This document shows, one piece after another, positions 57,318 through 64,000 of a DNA stretch of 64,000 nt. The notes under the pieces were generated by a model, which worked only from the letters and a program-made list of their open reading frames with translations, did no database searches and was not told where the DNA came from. Source of the DNA: an uncultured Candidatus Saccharibacteria bacterium (lineage in GTDB: Bacteria; Patescibacteriota; Minisyncoccia; UBA6257; JACOXY01); NCBI GenBank assembly GCA_964357615.1, contig CAYHMC010000004.1:25722-89721 (forward strand), written 5' to 3'. Each line of letters begins with the position of its first letter. Position 1 is the stretch's first letter. The translations under genes were made by a program, and so were the position numbers.

Positions 57318-57692
57318 TCAGACAAAAAAGCTTGATGTAAGTCTCGACATAAAAGCAGAGAGATAAAGAGTGGCGAAAATTTGGAGTGGTCCAACTACAT
57401 CAGGAAAGATATCGTCGGTATTTAGGCCAAATGTTGCCCAAAACCCCATAATGCCCCACACCACACAAGCCAAGAAAAGATAATTGTGAGTATAAGAGGT
57501 GTAATAAAACCCAGCGAGTAGTGAAGCCACAAACACGACTGACGCTGGAGAAATTACTTCTGGATAATAAATCAAATCCAAGTTAAAGATTGTTCCATCA
57601 GGCCACGCTTTGATGATGACCACGACCACCTCAATCCAAAATATTGAGGTTACTCCAACTATGAAGATGCGCTTCCAGTCAATGTTTTGCAT
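57318..57692 (-). CDS. membrane protein, hypothetical
   Basis: 124 aa with 3-4 TM helices. Confidence 0.4.
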   Translation of the reverse strand: MQNIDWKRIFIVGVTSIFWIEVVVVIIKAWPDGTIFNLDLIYYPEVISPASVVFVASLLAGFYYTSYTHNYLFLACVVWGIMGFWATFGLNTDDIFPDVVGPLQIFATLYLSAFMSRLTSSFFV

Positions 57693-57821
57693 GACACATC
57701 GTCCTCCTATGATTGGATTTTGGGGGATCTAGTAGGATATTCTACTATAAAATTTATATTTGTCAAGCTATATAAATAAAGCTCTATGGAAAGAACTTTT
57801 ACAAAGTTGTATTCTAATTAG

Positions 57822-58682
57822 ATGAAGAAAATGAAAGAACAAAAAAATAAACCTTATGAAACTTTAATTTATTATCGTGATGACAATAATGAAGCAAAAT
57901 CATGGGAAGAAAAAATTATAAATCAATTAAAAAAGAATGGAATTAAAATTAACTTAGATTCCGAAAAACCAGAAGTCGTAATTATTTTGGGTGGCGATGG
58001 AACTATTCTTGAAGCAGTTAGGAAATTTAGTAAATTCAATCCCCTATTTCTGGGACTTAACTTGGGTCATGTTGGTTTTTTAGCATCAGTTAGAGATGAA
58101 AATGAATTTATCAATGCTATTAATAAATTTATCGAAAATAAATATTCGATTACAGAAAGAATGATGATGGATTCAAAAGTTATGAGAAATAAGAAAATTA
58201 TTAAAAATTACACTGCACTAAATGATGTATCGATTCAGAACCTTTTGGGTATGGTTAAGCTCTCGGTTTCGATTGATAATCATCCCCTACAAAATATTCA
58301 TGGCTCTGGAATGCTTGTTGCAACAGCAACGGGCTCAACTGCCTACAACTTATCTGCACACGGTCCGATTGTAATGCCAGATATTCGTTGTTTTATTATT
58401 ACTGAAATATTAGATCACAACATTCCAACTCCACCGCTTGTAGTAAAACAAAACAGAATTATTGAAATTAAGGTGGAAAGTTTTAGAAAAAGAGAACCGT
58501 TTTTACTTCAATACGACGGCACTCCAGCAGATGTAATCATTTCAGCAGACGGAGAATCAATTTTTGCATTGCAAGAAAAAGATATCGTAAGAATAACCGA
58601 ATCTTTATGTTCCGTTCGTTTTGTAGAATTTGAGGATAATTACTTTTTTAAGAGTCTCGCTGAGAAGTTTTCTTTTCGTTAG
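57822..58682 (+). CDS. nadK: NAD kinase
   Basis: 'VVIILGGDGTILEA' GGDGT motif, 'NDVSIQ', 'DGESIFALQ'. Confidence 0.8.
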   Translation: MKKMKEQKNKPYETLIYYRDDNNEAKSWEEKIINQLKKNGIKINLDSEKPEVVIILGGDGTILEAVRKFSKFNPLFLGLNLGHVGFLASVRDENEFINAINKFIENKYSITERMMMDSKVMRNKKIIKNYTALNDVSIQNLLGMVKLSVSIDNHPLQNIHGSGMLVATATGSTAYNLSAHGPIVMPDIRCFIITEILDHNIPTPPLVVKQNRIIEIKVESFRKREPFLLQYDGTPADVIISADGESIFALQEKDIVRITESLCSVRFVEFEDNYFFKSLAEKFSFR

Positions 58683-59010
58683 GTTTTTTAACTTCTCTTG
58701 CTTCTAAGTAAGGTTCGTCTGGGGTAATCTCTTTTTCAAACTCTGGGAAATATTTTTTAATTTCTCTAAGGTCGAAACTCTTAAAAATTAAATCTTGTTC
58801 TTCGCGATTTAACAAAAATTCAAATGATTTTTTTATTAAATCCGCCGGAGTTCCAATGCTTTTAGTTAATTTATGCCAATAGTCACGGTCAAGCGCAACG
58901 GTGTGTTCTGATCTAGATTCCTCATCACCAATCCAAACTACAAACTCCCATCCTTCATCGGTTGGAGATTGTTTTTGAACTTTTACTTTTACGGGCTTCT
59001 TTTGTGACAT
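58648..59010 (-). CDS. hypothetical protein
   Basis: 120 aa. Convergent with nadK and overlapping its 3' end. Confidence 0.4.
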   Translation of the reverse strand: MSQKKPVKVKVQKQSPTDEGWEFVVWIGDEESRSEHTVALDRDYWHKLTKSIGTPADLIKKSFEFLLNREEQDLIFKSFDLREIKKYFPEFEKEITPDEPYLEAREVKKPNEKKTSQRDS

Positions 59011-59015
59011 ATAAA

Positions 59016-59591
59016 TTATTTAAGATCTAAGTGACTGTTTGGATTTAAATCCATATCATCTAAATTCGGAAATGGATAATGAATGCGGACTTCTGGATGC
59101 GCTTGTCTAATTTCTTTTATTAATACCCATGGTTTTATTGGTAGAGGAGCAAGTGGAATTTTAATAAAAGTTGAGTCGCTATATTTCGCTCTAGAAAAAA
59201 ATCTCTTTATGGCTGGCTGATTATTCAAAAATGTTTCTGGTTTTTTAAGTGCAACGCAAAGATATTCTTTATCAGTGGTCTTTTGATAAAATATTCTATC
59301 AATTTCAGGCCAAGAAATCAAGCCGTATTTTATCAAGGTGGAATTATCTTCAATTCCAGCTTCAGAAATTGAAATGCCAGATTTCCTTAAAAGCAATTTT
59401 GATAACTCACAAATTGATATAAGAACAAAAAGTGGAATGCAGAAATATAATAAAAATTGCGGAATTAAAGGCGAGAAACTAGTTAAAAATTCATTACTAG
59501 ATAAATTGTGACTAAGCACTACAAATACGATACCCAAAACAAGAAATGCGATACTGCGAAACCTATGCGGATAAATTTTAACTTGTTGCAT
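59016..59591 (-). CDS. membrane protein, hypothetical
   Basis: 191 aa with 2-3 N-terminal TM helices. Confidence 0.4.
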   Translation of the reverse strand: MQQVKIYPHRFRSIAFLVLGIVFVVLSHNLSSNEFLTSFSPLIPQFLLYFCIPLFVLISICELSKLLLRKSGISISEAGIEDNSTLIKYGLISWPEIDRIFYQKTTDKEYLCVALKKPETFLNNQPAIKRFFSRAKYSDSTFIKIPLAPLPIKPWVLIKEIRQAHPEVRIHYPFPNLDDMDLNPNSHLDLK

Positions 59592-59635
59592 AATAAAAAT
59601 AACAAATAATAACCTAACTTTAGTTTAGCATATCC

Positions 59636-60379
59636 TTAATTTAAAAATTGCTTAATTGCTTTCCAAAAAGATTTTTTGCAAATGGAAGAAAGAGAAAGAT
59701 GCCCACCTGTTTTTAGAATAGTTAATTTAGAATTTAATGCTTTTGAAAATTTAATCGAGGTTTTTACTGAAATTACCTTATCGTCCTTTGGGTGAATTAT
59801 ATATATTTTATTTTTATCCAAATTTTTTATTTCTGCGATTGGATTATAAAATTTACCGCTTTTTAATTTATTCCAACCATTTTTAATAGGGCGATATCCA
59901 TTACCAAAAGCTAACTTTGTAAAATTTTTAAGCGAATCAACTGATTCGTTTTTAGTTTCCACTGTCCAATCAATTAGAGGCGAAAGCGCAACAATTTTTC
60001 TCACAGATTTATTTTTCGATGCTAAAATTGCAGCTGCTCCTCCAAAACTTGAACCAATAATATATAATTTTGGGTTTTTAATTTTATATTTTTTCCCATC
60101 CCAAATATCAGAAAATCCAGAAGAAATTGAATGGACTATGTCGAGTATGTCTAGATGTGGAGAATTCCGAAGCAACAATCCCCCGCTTTCCCAACTACCA
60201 CGATATCTAGGACTAAAAACCCAAAAACCTTTTTTTGCCAAATATAACATTGCTTCTCTATTTGATGGATATCCAGGCAAACCACTGCAAAGTATAACTA
60301 CTTTATTTGATTTTTTAGAAGGCCAAATAAATTCAAGAACTATCTCATTTCTAATAATTGCTCTTCTGAAATGTTTCAT
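59636..60379 (-). CDS. alpha/beta hydrolase (serine hydrolase, GxSxG)
   Basis: 'YIIGSSFGGAAAILAS' nucleophile elbow. Confidence 0.6.
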   Translation of the reverse strand: MKHFRRAIIRNEIVLEFIWPSKKSNKVVILCSGLPGYPSNREAMLYLAKKGFWVFSPRYRGSWESGGLLLRNSPHLDILDIVHSISSGFSDIWDGKKYKIKNPKLYIIGSSFGGAAAILASKNKSVRKIVALSPLIDWTVETKNESVDSLKNFTKLAFGNGYRPIKNGWNKLKSGKFYNPIAEIKNLDKNKIYIIHPKDDKVISVKTSIKFSKALNSKLTILKTGGHLSLSSICKKSFWKAIKQFLN

Positions 60380-60382
60380 ACA

Positions 60383-61069
60383 TTAAAATTTGTAGATAAC
60401 ATCTTTGCGCTCAACAACAACATTCCACTTTTGTTTTTTGGCATAATCAAATAATTTTTTGTTTGGATTGAAACATATTGGTTTGCTTACCATTTTTAAA
60501 AAAGGTATATCGCTCTCTGTATCTCCAACGCCAATTGACCCCTGCAAGGTTAGATGTTCAGTAAGAAGTACTCTCGAAAGAACTTTGGCTTTGTCAGAAA
60601 TAAAATCTGTATAAAGTATTTGTCCTGTTAATTTCCCCCGAGAATCTGTTTCAAATATTCTTCCATAAATTTTGTCAAAACCAAGCTCTTTGCCAAAATA
60701 ATCTAAAACTACTTTTGGGGAATTAGAAATTGCTAATAAATAATATTTTTCTTTTCGAAGCTTATTTAATAAATCTCTTGAATATCGATAAACTCTTTTT
60801 CTGTGGAAGTGAGCAACATGTGATGCAACGCTATCAAAGTCATCATTTCTTATGCCCTTCATATGTTTAGTAAAGGCTAATACCACATCGGATATATACT
60901 GCTCATACGAGCCTTGTCTTTCTATCCATTCCTTATAACTTCTTGTATATATTTTTCTTACTGACGATGGGAAAATCCCAGCCTGAAGAAGCGCTTCTGT
61001 TAGTTCGACAAGCAAGCTTGACCTAAATATTGTTCCATCTATATCGAATATAGCAATTTTTCTTTTCAT
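60383..61069 (-). CDS. HAD family hydrolase (phosphoserine phosphatase-like)
   Basis: 'IAIFDIDGTIFRS' motif I. Confidence 0.6.
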   Translation of the reverse strand: MKRKIAIFDIDGTIFRSSLLVELTEALLQAGIFPSSVRKIYTRSYKEWIERQGSYEQYISDVVLAFTKHMKGIRNDDFDSVASHVAHFHRKRVYRYSRDLLNKLRKEKYYLLAISNSPKVVLDYFGKELGFDKIYGRIFETDSRGKLTGQILYTDFISDKAKVLSRVLLTEHLTLQGSIGVGDTESDIPFLKMVSKPICFNPNKKLFDYAKKQKWNVVVERKDVIYKF

Positions 61070-61079
61070 AAAATTTTAA

Positions 61080-62027
61080 TTAACCTTGCAGGCAAATATT
61101 AAATGTTTTTACTTGTTCATTGTATTTATCAATTAATTTTCTGGTTGCTTGTAATAGTTCATTGTATGATGAAATTCTATCATTATATTCATTAACTTTT
61201 TCATCATACTTTGGACTCTCTTCGTTTGTTTCTTCAATTTCATTTTTTAATCTAATCAATTCTTCATTTAAATCTTTCAAATAATTATCGTTATTTTCAA
61301 TTTCAATTTTTACTTTTGAATCTGGATTTGGACAGCTTGAAAGTGGCAACCCAAATTCCTGCACCGCCATCCAAACTTCCCTACCCTCGTAAAACCCTTT
61401 CAAAACAGCCGTGCCTATCTCGGTAAATCTTGTATTTAATATATTAGCGCGGTGCCCAGGTGAATTAAGCCATGCGGAAACTAAATCTTGATCATTTTTA
61501 AAATTACCCATCGCCAAATTTTCACCAATCACAATATACGCATAACCTGATTGTTTTGCAATTGAATCAGGCCCTGCGCCACTTGGCGAAATATGATCAA
61601 AATATTGTTTTGCGAACATATCTTTAACTTTTAAAAACGCAGAGTTATTTAACTTAGCGCTTACACTTAAAGACTTTAAATTATTAGTTGTACGAGCTTT
61701 GTTAGTGAAACTAACTATGCCAGGATCGGTAAGTACAACTTCTGCAACTGGAACTTGTCCCTCGCTTGCTCTAAGTGGTGTGTCGTAAATAATTTTTTGA
61801 GCCTCCTCTAGAATTTTTTTCTGTACTGCCGAGGTGCTCTCAAGATTTTTTATTTGTTCATTTAAGGTACTCGAAGAAAAACCATTTGTGTAACTTATTG
61901 TACTAGACGCGTTACCGATAAAATTATTATACGCATCAAAAAGTTTATTACGAAATTCCAAGCTTTTCGCTGGAAAAGCAAAATTAATTGCTACTACAAA
62001 AATTATTAAAATTGCGATAAGTTTCAT
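61080..62027 (-). CDS. CAP (SCP/TAPS) domain secreted protein with C-terminal coiled-coil
   Basis: Signal peptide. 'SPGHRANILNTRFTEIG' is the CAP signature. Confidence 0.55.
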   Translation of the reverse strand: MKLIAILIIFVVAINFAFPAKSLEFRNKLFDAYNNFIGNASSTISYTNGFSSSTLNEQIKNLESTSAVQKKILEEAQKIIYDTPLRASEGQVPVAEVVLTDPGIVSFTNKARTTNNLKSLSVSAKLNNSAFLKVKDMFAKQYFDHISPSGAGPDSIAKQSGYAYIVIGENLAMGNFKNDQDLVSAWLNSPGHRANILNTRFTEIGTAVLKGFYEGREVWMAVQEFGLPLSSCPNPDSKVKIEIENNDNYLKDLNEELIRLKNEIEETNEESPKYDEKVNEYNDRISSYNELLQATRKLIDKYNEQVKTFNICLQG

Positions 62028-62039
62028 TATTTTTTTAGC

Positions 62040-62711
62040 TTAAGGAATAATTATAACAAACTCTCCAAGACCACGACTACCTTCAAAATAATCTAGTGCC
62101 TCACTTATTGTCCCTGTAAAATTTGTTTCGTGAATTTTTGTAATTTCTTTTGAAATAAAAATTACATAATCTAAACCAAATAACTCAGAAATGTTTTTAA
62201 GTGTTTTCTTTAGACGATGGGGTGATTCATACAAAACTATTGGACGAGTTTCAATTTTGCTTAATTCTTCAAAAAATTTATTTCTCTTGTTTTTCTGTGG
62301 CGGATAACCAAGAAAAGTAAACTTATTTGCACTAATTCCACTAACAGAAAGTGCTGATATAACCGCTGATGGCCCTGGAATGGCTTGAATTTGGCTATTT
62401 GGACCTTCTTTTTGAATATGTGATACCAAGACCGAACCGGGGTCAGAAATTCCTGGCGTACCAGCATCAGACACCACTGCTATATTTTTGCCATCATTTA
62501 AAAGTCGCATTACCTCTTCTATAGTGCGGTTCGGCACATGTTCGTCATAATGAGCTATTCGTGTATGAATTTCATACTTAGATAAAAGTTTTTTGGTTAC
62601 TCTAGTATCCTCTGCGTAAATCAAATATACAGTTCTAAGAACCTCGAGTGCCCGTGATGATATATCGCCTAAATTTCCAATTGGCGTTGCAACAACATAT
62701 AGTATTCCCAT
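62040..62711 (-). CDS. rsmI: 16S rRNA (cytidine1402-2'-O)-methyltransferase
   Basis: 'MGILYVVATPIGNLGDISSRALEVL' tetrapyrrole-methylase-fold N-terminus typical of RsmI. Confidence 0.8.
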   Translation of the reverse strand: MGILYVVATPIGNLGDISSRALEVLRTVYLIYAEDTRVTKKLLSKYEIHTRIAHYDEHVPNRTIEEVMRLLNDGKNIAVVSDAGTPGISDPGSVLVSHIQKEGPNSQIQAIPGPSAVISALSVSGISANKFTFLGYPPQKNKRNKFFEELSKIETRPIVLYESPHRLKKTLKNISELFGLDYVIFISKEITKIHETNFTGTISEALDYFEGSRGLGEFVIIIP

Positions 62712-62713
62712 AA

Positions 62714-63319
62714 CTATAGATAATGAGCCGAATGATCAATAATTGCAGAATCTTTTGGCATTGGAGTTTTAAGTGTCGGCTTTAAATATTTTTCAACCAG
62801 TTCGTCAAATTTACTAAGTAAACTTTCCTTTACGCCGAAAGGTATATATTCATCAATCGGCTCAAGCAAAACTGTTTTTTCTTTTACAAATGGAGATTCT
62901 GAAAATTGAAAGTAGGGTTTTTTAGAACAGTTAACAAAAATAACTATGGTCTCTTCCCACAACTGAGCAAGTCTTCTGAGTCGCAAAACATCAGTCTCGT
63001 GTCCCTTGGGATGCCAACGAAACTTTACCTCAACAAGATGCGCGCGTTGTTTTGAATCTAGTATAAAAAAATCTGGTATCATTCTTAACTTTTCGCCAGC
63101 CTTACTGCCCATTAATTCTCGCCTGACATGATTTAATGTTGGTAAAGTATTTTCTATTCCAATTCTATATACTTCATTTCCAGATTCTTTTAATAAATCA
63201 AATACTAATGACTCGGCCATTTTTCCTTTGAGATTAGTTTCTCTAAGGGCTTGCTTACCTTCTGCACTATTTGCATTAAAAAGCTTACCATTTGAATTTT
63301 TAAAGTTAAATGATGACAT
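62714..63319 (-). CDS. hypothetical protein with PD-(D/E)xK-like motif
   Basis: 'IPDFFILD...AHLVEVKF' resembles a PD-x(n)-(D/E)xK nuclease core. Confidence 0.35.
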   Translation of the reverse strand: MSSFNFKNSNGKLFNANSAEGKQALRETNLKGKMAESLVFDLLKESGNEVYRIGIENTLPTLNHVRRELMGSKAGEKLRMIPDFFILDSKQRAHLVEVKFRWHPKGHETDVLRLRRLAQLWEETIVIFVNCSKKPYFQFSESPFVKEKTVLLEPIDEYIPFGVKESLLSKFDELVEKYLKPTLKTPMPKDSAIIDHSAHYL

Positions 63320-63329
63320 AAAATAATTA

Positions 63330-63725
63330 TTATTTTTCTTTAAGATTAATCGAACATGAATTTATACAATATCTTTTGCCACCCTTATCTTTTGGTCCAT
63401 CGTCAAAAACATGACCTAAGTGAGCACCACAGCGCCGACAAATAACTTCTGTTCGCGACATACCAAGACTACCATCTTCATGCAATTCAACATTTTCTAA
63501 GTTTATCGGATCGGTAAAACTTGGCCAACCAGTGCCAGAATCAAACTTAGTGTCAGATGAAAAAAGTTCCAAACCACAAGCCCTGCATTTATACATTCCG
63601 CTTTCATGGTTATTCCAATATTCCCCAGTGAATGGCTTCTCTGTCCCGCCTTCAAACATAACATTGTATTGCTCTGGGGTTAATGCTTTTTTCCATTCTT
63701 CTTTTGTTTTATTAATTTTTTCCAT
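63330..63725 (-). CDS. msrB: peptide-methionine (R)-S-oxide reductase
   Basis: 'CRACGLELF' and 'CRRCGAHLGHVFDDG' MsrB zinc/catalytic motifs. Confidence 0.85.
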   Translation of the reverse strand: MEKINKTKEEWKKALTPEQYNVMFEGGTEKPFTGEYWNNHESGMYKCRACGLELFSSDTKFDSGTGWPSFTDPINLENVELHEDGSLGMSRTEVICRRCGAHLGHVFDDGPKDKGGKRYCINSCSINLKEK

Positions 63726-64000
63726 CCAGTTAGAAGCAGATCGCGATTATGTAATGCGATTTGTGCTAATTAAATTATAATCTCGTTTATATTATATAAC
63801 ATTTTTAAATTAAGAATTTGTGCAATCGCGGATTCTAACTGGATCCATATTATTTTAAGTTATTATAAACTAAGAAACTCTAATCTTTGGAAGAATTTTA
63901 AGTAGTGATATACTATTTATATATAATATTAAATAATTCGTCGTCTGTAAAATAACAATAATAGGTATGAATAAAAAAATTTCTACTTTTTCCATAGTAA

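Noticed and set aside
1-64000. Prophage, integron, transposon or CRISPR-Cas locus
   Set aside because: No integrase, transposase, recombinase, cas gene or spaced repeat array was recognised anywhere in the window.

Overview
This window has low G+C and dense coding, with many short membrane or secreted proteins and hypotheticals. The gene content suggests a Patescibacteria (CPR)-like genome: Gmad2, DKNYY, DUF4012, FemAB-like, DUF192, RsmI and a minimal MetRS are all present. The standard genetic code applies, since lepA, metG and nadV are full length with TGA as stop. Housekeeping genes present are lepA, metG, a DEAD-box helicase, TatD, a shikimate-kinase-like gene, NAD kinase, MsrB, RsmI, peroxiredoxin, two M16 peptidases, two tRNAs (Thr-CGT and Gly-CCC), a znuCB-like metal ABC transporter, an ABC-2 exporter, and a cell-envelope glycosylation cluster (DUF4012 / GT1 / sugar transferase / GT1).

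Accessory content:
- A Type III R-M locus (res cut off by the window edge, then a long Mod) followed by a possible HEPN-like gene and a NYN-domain gene.
- A Nudix(NrtR-like)-Prs-like-NadV NAD salvage operon that resembles the phage NARP1 Adps+Namat pair. Next to it sit three uncharacterised genes that look G+C-richer.
- A visibly G+C-rich Myxococcus-type Cys-rich-repeat secreted protein.
- Secreted or solitary nucleases: HNH, Cas4-like and an EEP-family nuclease.
- A nucleotide-salvage trio: Ndt/DUF4406-like, dNMP-kinase-like and dCMP deaminase.

The most striking observation is a pair of ~122-nt conserved structured elements at 45140-45261 and 55922-56046. Each sits immediately downstream of a sigma70-like promoter. 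Each ends in a perfect 16-bp stem that base-pairs across the start codon of the downstream gene (znuC-like and a GT1 glycosyltransferase). The two copies differ by compensatory base changes that preserve the stem. This looks like an undescribed cis-regulatory RNA leader, with a MITE-like DNA repeat as the alternative.

No rRNA, CRISPR array, integrase or transposase was found. All coordinates and motifs were read by eye from the sequence. No searches were run, so family assignments rest on recognised motifs only.
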